The notes under the pieces: model-generated
What the model was told of the DNA's origin: nothing
What the model saw: the letters and a program-made list of their open reading frames with translations, nothing else
Databases searched by the model: none
Shown: positions 1-8,761 of the stretch, in pieces
Layout: each line of letters begins with the position of its first letter
Numbering within the stretch: the first letter of the stretch is position 1
Source: a bacterium
GTDB lineage: Bacteria; RBG-13-61-14; DATKZS01
DNA: 64,000 nt
Reading direction: 5' to 3'
NCBI GenBank assembly: GCA_963674965.2
Contig: CAXXFL010000002.1
Coordinates: 128,001-192,000 of the forward strand
Program-made: the position numbers and the translations under genes

Positions 1-143
1 CCATAATCCAAGTCAGGCCCCGGCGGCGCGCCCCGCCTTGCTCTTTGATAAATGAAATCCGAGGGTGGCCCTCGGCCCATCCGGATCCGCCGGCCCCGGG
101 CGGTTTAATGAAGCCGGACGGGACATCCGCTGCACCTTAGATA

Positions 144-1907
144 GTTTCTGTTGCACAACTGCTTAATGGCTTTCATTATGCGGTGCGGAGAGGATATGGA
201 CATGCAGATTTTCAGGGCGTCCATAAAGGACGGAAAAGATTTTAACGCTTTCAGGCGAGTTGAATGCCTGAGCCGGCCCTTTTCTATCCTTTCAAAAAAC
301 ACCTCTCCTTTTGCTGTTTTTCATTTCCGTTTTTCATTGCCCCCACAGGGGCGCGCCCGGCGGCGGCTAAGTCAGCAGCGCGAGTTTTCGAAGGTTCCAG
401 GCAAAGAACGAAAGACCCACCCAGGACTTGAAGCTCTCGAAACCTCTCCACAGGCATCGGCTCAGACCGAAGCCGCGAAGAAGGGCGGAAAGGCCGCCCT
501 CGATCCCGGCCCGGAAGCGAAGAAGCTTCTTGAACCAGCGCTGACGCTCGTGCTCGATCCGCTCCGAACTCCTTTTGCCGGGCTTGGGAATGGCCAGGCG
601 CTCGATATAATAAGGACCTTCGGTCGCAAGCTTCTCATTGTCCTCATGATAGAAGCGGCGGTCGCCGGTAAACTCGCGTGGAGCCTTGCCGAACAGGCGG
701 ACGTGTTTTTGCAAAATGTCCTCGAAAAGGTCGGCGTCGGAAGGGTTGCCCTCGCACACTTTATATTGAAGCACAATCCCCGACCTTCCCGTCGCCGCCA
801 TCACCTTGTGACCGAACTCGGTCGGGCTCATGGTCTTGCCTCTCCGGATGATATCAACGTGCGGCTCGAAAACGGAAACCACCTTCTCTTGCGCGGGAAC
901 CTTCTCGCCTTTTATAACCCGCCGCTCGCACTGCTCGACGCACTGCTCAGAAAGCGGCAGGTAATGATCGAGTTCGCTCTTGATCATGGTTGCCAGGCCC
1001 GCATCGCTGAAATAAAGCTCTCCGCCTTTAAGGGCCTCGTCCAGCGCCTCCCGCGCCGAGCGGGCCATGGCCAAGATTTCCGCCGAAACCTTGAGAAGGT
1101 CCCGGTACCAGACCGCCCGTTTCTTCTCGATCCCTTTGCCTTTGCCCATGGCGATCTGGTAAGCGCGCTTCTTGGCCCGCCGAGTCCGGTCATGATATTC
1201 GAACCCGAGACCCGGCAGCTCCTTCCGCGCTCCTTTCATCAACCGGTCCAATACACGGATGCTGTCAAAAAGAAGCGAAGCGTCGGTCGGATAGTGGATG
1301 TTGGCCTCGGCCACCGCGGTGTCAGCGCGGACCGCCTCGCCGTCTTCTACTTTTTTTTTAATGGCCAGGGCCACGAGCATTTCGTTGATCCGCTCCCAGG
1401 TCTCGGGGCGGATGCGTTTTATCGCCCGCTCCAGGCTGCTGAAATGGGGAATGTCCCGCCCGAAGAACCTGGTGAACTTGCGGAAATTGTAATCGGAACC
1501 GAGGCGGTCGCCGAGTTCCCGGTAGGAATAACACTTGAGTTGATAGATGACCGCGCTCCTAAGGACCTGCTCGACGCTCATCCCCTCGGCGCCGGTCTCC
1601 TTGAGTCCGCTTTGGAGATCATCGGCAACAGCTTCCAGAATTTCCTTGGCCTCGTCGAGCGCTATGCTCATCTTCTCAAGCTCAGTGTCTTGTTTGAAAA
1701 GATGGCCCGCTTTCAAAAATTCGTGGTCTTCAATGGTCATTTGCATTTTAATTTTCGGTCGCATTTTTCGCCCCCTTCACAGCATCCCGGCAAGTCAATC
1801 CTTGATTTTTCAAGGAGTTATTGTATCATATCAAGACCAAAAAGGGAAGCGAAAAATGCTTACAGCACATTGTTTTTATTGGCTTTTTCTAGTTACGCAA
1901 CTGGAAC
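144..1907 (-). mobile_element. Complete insertion sequence, ISNCY-like (ISDol1-group-like), 1764 bp
   Basis: Left end GTTTCTGTTGCACAACT (144-160) matches the reverse complement of the right end (1891-1907), GTTCCAGTTGCGTAACT, at 13/17. Identical TAGATA flanks both ends (138-143, 1908-1913). Single transposase ORF inside. Confidence 0.85.
367..1764 (-). CDS. DDE transposase, ISNCY/IS5-like
   Basis: Motifs RADTAVAEANIHYPTD, KVVSVFEPHVDIIRRGK, EFGHK, GDRRF, RFRAGIEGGLSALLRGFGLSRC; 465 aa; lies between the IRs. Confidence 0.9.
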   Translation of the reverse strand: MRPKIKMQMTIEDHEFLKAGHLFKQDTELEKMSIALDEAKEILEAVADDLQSGLKETGAEGMSVEQVLRSAVIYQLKCYSYRELGDRLGSDYNFRKFTRFFGRDIPHFSSLERAIKRIRPETWERINEMLVALAIKKKVEDGEAVRADTAVAEANIHYPTDASLLFDSIRVLDRLMKGARKELPGLGFEYHDRTRRAKKRAYQIAMGKGKGIEKKRAVWYRDLLKVSAEILAMARSAREALDEALKGGELYFSDAGLATMIKSELDHYLPLSEQCVEQCERRVIKGEKVPAQEKVVSVFEPHVDIIRRGKTMSPTEFGHKVMAATGRSGIVLQYKVCEGNPSDADLFEDILQKHVRLFGKAPREFTGDRRFYHEDNEKLATEGPYYIERLAIPKPGKRSSERIEHERQRWFKKLLRFRAGIEGGLSALLRGFGLSRCLWRGFESFKSWVGLSFFAWNLRKLALLT

Positions 1908-1944
1908 TAGATAACGATTCGGGTAGCTTAATAGGGCTGTCCTT

Positions 1945-1975
1945 AAAAAGAAAAGCCGGGAGCATGTCCCGGCTT
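1945..1975 (-). terminator. Intrinsic terminator
   Basis: Minus strand reads AAGCCGGGA-CATGC-TCCCGGCTT followed by TTCTTTTT. Confidence 0.6.
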
Positions 1976-2018
1976 GAAGAAAGGGGGCTAAGGTTAACGC
2001 GGTTAAATTATATTAAAT

Positions 2019-2042
2019 CCCTCGTTACGCGAGGGTTTTTTT
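2019..2042 (+). terminator. Intrinsic terminator-like hairpin
   Basis: CCCTCG-TTACG-CGAGGG followed by T7. Confidence 0.5.
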
Positions 2043-2532
2043 AGAGGGGCGGGCGTTGGGGGGACGCCCGCGGAAACTAGAACAGGGAAAGGGGCATGGG
2101 GAAAGAAAGAAGAAAAATAAAGGAAGGAATTAAAAGATAAGGCATGGAGACGTCGTGGGTCCCGGGTTGTGGGGAAGGACCCGTTTAATCTTTGGTGCAG
2201 TAATAAATTGTGTTTTTGACGCTCCATGTTCTTATCTTTATTGTTAATTTCTATTATCAATATCCATGCCGAAGTCGGTTAAAAATTATAAGTTGTCAAA
2301 AACAAAGACTTTCTCTATTTTATCCACATTTCGCTCATTATCATCATTTATCTCGTTTCAGTACAAAACCGGCGTCAACTTCTCGATATAGAGAATGACT
2401 ATAAGCTAATTGTTGATTATTATTGAGATTTTTATCAGGAAGATGGGAGTCAAGTGGAAAAGACCAAATGTGTTGATAATCGGGCATTATGCCTTTATAG
2501 ACAAGATGCACAATGCATATTGCATTATCAAG

Positions 2533-3489
2533 CTATCTGTAAAGGTCTACAAGCGCGGCCGCGCCCATGGCCACGGCGTCGTCTCCCAGTTGGGAAGGCA
2601 CAACCTTTACATGCCGTCCCGATAGGGTCACGGCGCGTTTTGGGACCTCGTCTTTGATAATTTTAAGCAGGCCCGGGTTTCCCTCGAGTACTCCGCCTCC
2701 GAGCACCAGCCGGTCGGGATTAAGCAGGCTCGTCAAATTGGAGCATAGCGTAACCAGGGATTCTTGCGCCTGTTTCCAGATCATGCCCGCCGTTTTATCT
2801 CCCTTTTCGGCGGCCAGCCTGATGGTCCTGGTGTTGATTTTGTCGACGTCGCCTTTGGCCATCTCCAGGATGAGACGGCCTTTTCCACTCTTGACGGCTT
2901 TTCGCGTCCTTATTTCCATGGGCACGCCGCCGCCGTAAGCCTCGAAGCAACCCCTTTGTCCGCAGGGACACTTGATGCCGTTCTCGCGGTAAGTCATGTG
3001 GCCCACTTCGCCGGCCGTCCCCGTTGCGCCCTCGACCAGTTTCTTGCCGGAGACGATCCCGCCGCCTATGCCGGAGCCCACGAAGACGGCCACCATGTCG
3101 GTCGTTCCTTGCCCGGCGCCATAGGTGAATTCTCCCCAGGCCGCGGCGTTTACGTCGTTGGCCATGAAGATTTCCCTTCCCAGTTTCTTTTTCATCATGC
3201 TGGTGAAGGGCACCTTATGCCATTTGAGGTTGGGGGACAGGTCGATCATTCCAGTTCTCGGGTTCGAGAACCCGGCGATGCCCACGGCTATGGCCTCGAC
3301 CTTGGAATTTTTCACGCCTTCCGTTTTAAGCATGTCCGCCACCTCGGCGGATGACCGCTCGACGATGGGATTGGGGTCTCCCAGGCTGTCGGTGACTATT
3401 TTTCTTCTGGCCAGGATTTCTCCTTTCCCGGTGATAAGGATGATCTTCGTTTTCGTTGCGCCTATGTCGATCCCAACTCTTATGGCCAT
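2533..3489 (-). CDS. ROK family sugar kinase (glucokinase-like)
   Basis: GIDIGATK, NDVNAAAWGE, GSGIGGG, AGEVGH and CPCGQRGCFE motifs; no N-terminal HTH. Confidence 0.92.
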   Translation of the reverse strand: MAIRVGIDIGATKTKIILITGKGEILARRKIVTDSLGDPNPIVERSSAEVADMLKTEGVKNSKVEAIAVGIAGFSNPRTGMIDLSPNLKWHKVPFTSMMKKKLGREIFMANDVNAAAWGEFTYGAGQGTTDMVAVFVGSGIGGGIVSGKKLVEGATGTAGEVGHMTYRENGIKCPCGQRGCFEAYGGGVPMEIRTRKAVKSGKGRLILEMAKGDVDKINTRTIRLAAEKGDKTAGMIWKQAQESLVTLCSNLTSLLNPDRLVLGGGVLEGNPGLLKIIKDEVPKRAVTLSGRHVKVVPSQLGDDAVAMGAAALVDLYR

Positions 3490-3527
3490 GCTATTATCCT
3501 TTCTTCTTAATCCGCTTCACGTGGCAT

Positions 3528-4286
3528 TTAATTATTTTTTCGCGAGGAGGCGAAGGTTTTTCTCAGGTCCTTGCCGGAGGACAGGGTATCCTCGATTTCC
3601 TCATGGGGCAGGACCATACCGGCGGAGATGATGATCTTAAAGGCCTGCTCGATGGTTATATCCAGCCGTACCACCTGGTCCTCGGGAATCATGAGCAGGA
3701 AGCCCGAGGTGGGGTTCGGCGTGGTGGGAATGAAGATCGAGAGCAGGCGAAGGTCCGGATCGTCCTTGTATTCGCCCGCTTTTCCCGAAAGGTAGGAGTC
3801 GGCCTCCCGGCTCAGGAAGCCGATGCACCAGATGTCCTTTTTGGGATACTCGACCATCACCACCTGGCTGAAGTTGCCCTTGCCCGAGAAGATGGCCTGT
3901 AAAAGCTGCTTGAGGGCGGTGTAGACCATTCCCACCAGTGGAATGTTCTCGAATATCCTGGCGCCGAACTCGAACATCCAGTTGATCACCCTGACCTTGG
4001 TAAAAAGTCCGATCAGGGTCGTGATCAGGATGATGAGGAAAATGACCAGGGCGAACTCGGCCGGATGCACGATGGCCACGATGGTATCGATGGCCCACTC
4101 GGGCAGGTAACCGGTCAGGCTCTCCCTGATGCCGGGCAGGTCGAGCTGGAGAATGACCAGCTTCTGGTAAAGCCATCTCGATATTTTGATGAGAACGTAA
4201 ATCGAGGCCACCAGAGGAAGTACCACCAGCGTGCCCGAGATAAGGTTGTTCCGGAAGAATCTTTTTACCTTTTCGTAGCGGCTCAT
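3528..4286 (-). CDS. DUF502 family membrane protein
   Basis: IPLVGMVY, VVMVEYP, FIPTTPNPTSGFLL and IISAG motifs with hydrophobic N-terminal helices. Confidence 0.9.
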   Translation of the reverse strand: MSRYEKVKRFFRNNLISGTLVVLPLVASIYVLIKISRWLYQKLVILQLDLPGIRESLTGYLPEWAIDTIVAIVHPAEFALVIFLIILITTLIGLFTKVRVINWMFEFGARIFENIPLVGMVYTALKQLLQAIFSGKGNFSQVVMVEYPKKDIWCIGFLSREADSYLSGKAGEYKDDPDLRLLSIFIPTTPNPTSGFLLMIPEDQVVRLDITIEQAFKIIISAGMVLPHEEIEDTLSSGKDLRKTFASSRKNN

Positions 4287-4477
4287 GACGCGGCCGGTTT
4301 CTCCTTGCGGCCACTATTAAATGTAACAGCAGCAAAGGAATCTATCAAGGAAAGACCGGAGGACCCGACTTTTTTCAGGGAAAAATGTAGCGCGGATCAA
4401 ACTGGTGACTATATTAATACAAGGCACTTTTTGTTTTCGTCTTGCCATGGACAAACGAGTTGCAAAGGAGGACGGGC

Positions 4478-5137
4478 ATGTTTATTGACGGGTTAATTTC
4501 GCGAGCCGCTTTTATCATCGGGGTCCTTATATGCGCGGCCGTTCCGGCGGCGGCCCATGGCCACCAGGGTCTTTACGAGTCAAGTGACGTTACCGGGTTC
4601 GAGGACGCCATCGTTCTTAAGAAGCCTGACGTTTCCTACGCCGCCTACATGAGACTCGATAAACCGGGCGACGTGGACTTCATAAGCTTCACGGTCGATG
4701 GTCCGATGAAGATCAAGGCCTCGCTACTGGTCCCGCGGCGTCCAGAGTTTGCCGACTATTATCCCGTCTTCGCCGTGGTCGGGCCCGGCCTCGCGAGGCC
4801 CGCGTCCGAGATACCATTCGAGCTTCCGGAGGGATACGGCGCCGAGGTGATAATAAGCGAGCCCTCGGACAACCGCCCCAAATTCTACGAGCCGTTCTCC
4901 GGCACGAAATACTACCGCGGCTTCGAGACCTTCGAGCGGGTGGTGGATGAGCCGGGGCAGTACTACCTGGCGGTCTGGAGCCCGGACGGGGAATACGGCG
5001 ACTATACGGTCACCTACGGGGAGAAGGAGAGCTTCAGCCCCAGGGAGATGATCGACACTTATCGCGTCGTGGCCAAGGTCTGGTCCGGCAAATGGGGCAG
5101 GTTCAGGGGATCGCCCCAGCCGGCCGCCAAGGAGTAG
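4478..5137 (+). CDS. Exported hypothetical protein
   Basis: AGGAGG upstream of ATG 4478; signal peptide ending AVPAAA; beta-rich body (FYEPFSGT, PGQYYLAVW). Confidence 0.75.
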   Translation: MFIDGLISRAAFIIGVLICAAVPAAAHGHQGLYESSDVTGFEDAIVLKKPDVSYAAYMRLDKPGDVDFISFTVDGPMKIKASLLVPRRPEFADYYPVFAVVGPGLARPASEIPFELPEGYGAEVIISEPSDNRPKFYEPFSGTKYYRGFETFERVVDEPGQYYLAVWSPDGEYGDYTVTYGEKESFSPREMIDTYRVVAKVWSGKWGRFRGSPQPAAKE

Positions 5138-5249
5138 CTTTTCGCGAAGTACGACTCGCGCTCCCCGCGGAAGCATCGGATAATGCTATCGGTCGGGCGG
5201 CGCCGTCCCACGCTTGCATTACGAGCGGCTCCATATAAAATGGTATAAT

Positions 5250-5912
5250 ATGACCTTGGTTCTAGCCATTGAAGTCGCTTATGCCGTCATCCTCATCCTG
5301 GGCGTCGCCTTTTTCGTTTTCCTCATTCCCCGTTCTCACGCGGCCATCCTGGGGCCTTTGGCCAGAGAGCTGGGACGCGAGGTCGAGGTAAGCTTTCTCA
5401 GGTTTATGGCCTACGTCGAGTTCGAGCATGAAGGAATGGATTGCCTGGTGGGGATCAAGCCGGCGGGAAGATACGCGCCGCCCCGACTGGCCCTGGAGAT
5501 TGCTCATCGCCTTGACTTCAGCTTGCTGATTTACAGTCGCGGACTGAAACCCCTGGCGACCTTCGATCCCGGCTATTTCGCCTTCAAGACCGGAGACTCG
5601 TCATTTGACGACAACTACCTTTGCAAATCACGCGGAGGGGCCCGCGCCAAAGAGTTTATGACCGAGCCGGGCCGCGCCGTGTTGCTCGACCAGTTCATGC
5701 GTTTCGGGTTCGCCTCGATCAAGGTGGAGGACGGCGTGGTCATGGCCCTCAAGCCCTTCCATGGCCTGGGTTCGTCCCGCGACGGGTTGAACGCCTACTT
5801 CCGCGCGCACTTTTTTTTCCGCCGGCCGCAAGGAGAGATCACCGAGGACGTGAACTCCGCCAGGATAAAAACGTACCTGGATCAAATGAGGCGCGTATTC
5901 ATTGCCGGCTAG
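5250..5912 (+). CDS. Hypothetical membrane-anchored protein
   Basis: N-terminal TM helix then a soluble domain with TGDSSFDDNY; start uncertain. Confidence 0.65.
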   Translation: MTLVLAIEVAYAVILILGVAFFVFLIPRSHAAILGPLARELGREVEVSFLRFMAYVEFEHEGMDCLVGIKPAGRYAPPRLALEIAHRLDFSLLIYSRGLKPLATFDPGYFAFKTGDSSFDDNYLCKSRGGARAKEFMTEPGRAVLLDQFMRFGFASIKVEDGVVMALKPFHGLGSSRDGLNAYFRAHFFFRRPQGEITEDVNSARIKTYLDQMRRVFIAG

Positions 5913-5916
5913 TTCT

Positions 5917-6304
5917 CTGACCGCTTTAAAATATCGGCTTGCTTATTTCGTCTTGGCCTTGCCGGCAATAGGGAGCGATGGCCTGATAAAATCGGGAGGG
6001 TCGGAAAGGCGAACGGGGGGGCGCTAAAGCATAGGAGTTTGACGAGTTTCTAATCGTGATCGAGCGGAGCGGGAGGCGTCCCCGCGGTGAGTGGAATTTG
6101 GCCCGCGGCTTTCGCCGCCCATGCATTCCGCGTGGGTGAGCGAAGCGAACGGGCTTTTAGTCTCGGAATCGAGGGCGTTTGCCGACGCTTGTTGGCGGCT
6201 TCCCAACGGCGCGGGACGGCCGCGCGTTTAATTGTCGGCTTGTTTGCCGAATCGCTTCATTGCCTTTTACATGACGCGACGACCCGACAAAAAGAGGCGG
6301 TCAG
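5917..6304. repeat. Possible MITE-like structured element between convergent genes
   Basis: Bounded by inverted CTGACCGC / GCGGTCAG; internal hairpins and GAGCGGAGCG / GAGCGAAGCG motifs; no credible ORF. Confidence 0.4.
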
Positions 6305-6314
6305 TTTAATAGCC

Positions 6315-8528
6315 TTATTGCGCGGCCGCGCCTGATCCCCATTTTTTATTCGGCCTGGGTCCCATGGTGAAGACCAGCTCTCCTCCCTCGATTATCCACC
6401 GGTGGCGGATGAAGGGAGAGTCAAGCGGCTTTCCGTTCAAGGCGGCCGACTGGACGTAGACGTTCCTCTTCGACTGGTTTTTCGCGATCACCGTGAAGGT
6501 CGCCGCGGGGTAGGGCGGTCCGATCTCGATCCAGGCTTTTTCCCAGCGCGGGCTGCCGATGGCGTAAAGGTCCGTGCCCGGCGTGACGGGGTAGAACCCG
6601 AGCGTCCCGAAGATGTACCAGGCCGACATCTGGCCGCAGTCCTCGTTGCCGTAAATGCCGAAGGGCCGGTTCCAATAATAGGTATCCAGGGCGTGAGCCA
6701 CCTCACGCTGGGTCTTCCAGGGAGCGCCCACGTAGTCGAACAGGTAAGGATAGTGGTGCGACGGCTCGTTGGCGTGGTTGTACCTGGCCAGTTGGATATA
6801 GGGCAGGAAAATTTTATCGAGGCGGTCCTCGACTTGGCTCGGTCCGCCCATCAGGTCGATCAGGCCGGGGATATCCTGCATGGCCAGGAACATGTAATGC
6901 CACTTGAGCCCCTCCGTGAAGCCGCCCCTGGCCCAGGACCCGTCGGCGTTCCTCCCTCGCATGAAGCCCTTGTGATAGAGGTTCTTGTAGTTGCGGCTAT
7001 GCTCCATCAATGTCTCGTAGTCGTCTTCGTGTCCCGCGGCCCTGGCCAACTGGGCCACGCAGAAGTCGTCGTAGGCGAACTCGAGGGTCCGCGACACCGA
7101 CTCGGCCGTCTTGTCGGCGGGCACGTAGCCGAGCTCGAGGTACCATCCAAGGCCGCCACGCGACTCGACCGACGTCCAGGGATCGCGGTCGCCCCATCTT
7201 TTATCGCGGTCGCCGTCGGGAGGCTGGAGGGCGTTTTTTCTCGTGGCCTCGTAAGCCAGGTCCAGGTCGAAGTCCCGAATGCCCTTGACCCAGGCGTCGG
7301 CGATGATCGAGTCGGCGTGGGACCCGATCATGATGCCCGAGTAGGTGGGGTTGGGCCACTTGGGCAGCCAGCCTCCTTCCCGGTACATCTGCAATAGTGA
7401 CGTGACCATGTCCGATACGCGCTCGGAGGCGGTAAGTATCAAAAGCGGATGCTCGGCGCGGAAGGTGTCCCACATCGAGTAGTCGTTATAGGAGACGCCC
7501 TCATGCACCGCGTCGTCAAAGGCGCTATAGTAGCGGCCGTACTCGGAGAAAATTCTGGGGTAGAGATGGGCGTGATACATGGCGGTGTAGAAGATCGCCT
7601 TCATGTCCTCGTCGTCTCCCTCGACCAGGACGCGGGATAGCTGCTCGTTCCAGGCCCGGCGCGTCGAGTCTTTAAGGGCCTCGAGGTCCCAGTCCGGTAT
7701 CTCGGTCCGGAGGTTTTTCTCGGCCTGATCGAGGCTGATAAGCGACGTTCCGATCCTGGCCTTTACTTCTCGGGTATCGTCGGGGAATACAACGTAAGCC
7801 CCCGCGGCGTCGCCCTCGACCTCGAAGGACCCCTCCGAGAGGGTCTCGCCGGAATATGTCCCGCCGCCGGTCGGGGGCTTGTCGAACTCGATGACGAAGT
7901 AGCCCTTGAAGTTGGGAAGGGGAGGGCCGAGGGTATGGGAATAGCGGTCCGAGTTCCATCCCCTTACGCGGCTATTGGCCAGGTCCACCTCGATCCATCC
8001 CGGGAAGGCCGGCTCCCGGCTCGCGTCCACGATAAGGTGGGGGTTGTCCCGGCCGGGGAAATGAAAGCGCATGATCGAACTCCTCTCGTGAGCGGCCAAC
8101 TCGGCCCTGAACCCTCCGAACTCGACCTCGTAGTAGTAGGGCGTGGTTGTCTCGTCTTGATGAGAGTACTTTATTCCCCGCTTATCGAACCGATGCTCGA
8201 CCTCTCCCGCGCCCGGCATGAGGGAGACGTTGCCGTAATCTCCCATTGCCACGGCCGGCTGGCGAGTACCGATGAAGCCGATGATCTTTTTATCCCGGTA
8301 CCGGTAAGGGCACTGTCCGATTCGGTTCAAGTTGGTCATGGGCGTCCACTGGATCATGCCGAAGGGCATGGTCACTGCCGGATTCATGCCGCCGTAAAGG
8401 CTGATGCTCAGTATCCCCTCGGTACCGATCAAGGGGTTCACGTAGTCCACCGGCTCACGCGCGAAAAGGCCGGTTGGAATAATGGCCAGTATTAGAAAAG
8501 CCGCCGCGGCGGGCAATAATTTCTTCAT
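6315..8528 (-). CDS. GH92 family alpha-mannosidase, exported
   Basis: Signal peptide; DYVNPLIGT, SMWDTFRA, SRTLEFAYDDF, HANEPSHH, GNEDCGQMSAWY motifs. Confidence 0.93.
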   Translation of the reverse strand: MKKLLPAAAAFLILAIIPTGLFAREPVDYVNPLIGTEGILSISLYGGMNPAVTMPFGMIQWTPMTNLNRIGQCPYRYRDKKIIGFIGTRQPAVAMGDYGNVSLMPGAGEVEHRFDKRGIKYSHQDETTTPYYYEVEFGGFRAELAAHERSSIMRFHFPGRDNPHLIVDASREPAFPGWIEVDLANSRVRGWNSDRYSHTLGPPLPNFKGYFVIEFDKPPTGGGTYSGETLSEGSFEVEGDAAGAYVVFPDDTREVKARIGTSLISLDQAEKNLRTEIPDWDLEALKDSTRRAWNEQLSRVLVEGDDEDMKAIFYTAMYHAHLYPRIFSEYGRYYSAFDDAVHEGVSYNDYSMWDTFRAEHPLLILTASERVSDMVTSLLQMYREGGWLPKWPNPTYSGIMIGSHADSIIADAWVKGIRDFDLDLAYEATRKNALQPPDGDRDKRWGDRDPWTSVESRGGLGWYLELGYVPADKTAESVSRTLEFAYDDFCVAQLARAAGHEDDYETLMEHSRNYKNLYHKGFMRGRNADGSWARGGFTEGLKWHYMFLAMQDIPGLIDLMGGPSQVEDRLDKIFLPYIQLARYNHANEPSHHYPYLFDYVGAPWKTQREVAHALDTYYWNRPFGIYGNEDCGQMSAWYIFGTLGFYPVTPGTDLYAIGSPRWEKAWIEIGPPYPAATFTVIAKNQSKRNVYVQSAALNGKPLDSPFIRHRWIIEGGELVFTMGPRPNKKWGSGAAAQ

Positions 8529-8761
8529 AATAGTACTCCGCGTAAATGGGTTTTGTCGTTTCGGCCAGGCTATGTTATCAGGCGTTGGGTCCGCTTAACA
8601 AGCCGGGCGGAAAAGGAGGGCCTGCCGCTGGATGAGGTCCGCTGATCTCCGCCTGAAAAAAACTTTATAATCAAGGCCTTACGCCTCCCGTTCTTTCTTT
8701 GACTTTTATTGACACGGAGCCTTGTTTTTGAAAGAATTATAAGCTCAAGGAGGGTCGGTTC

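Noticed and set aside
151..1914. 587-aa plus-strand ORF spanning the IS
   Set aside because: Antisense shadow of the transposase with no recognisable motifs.
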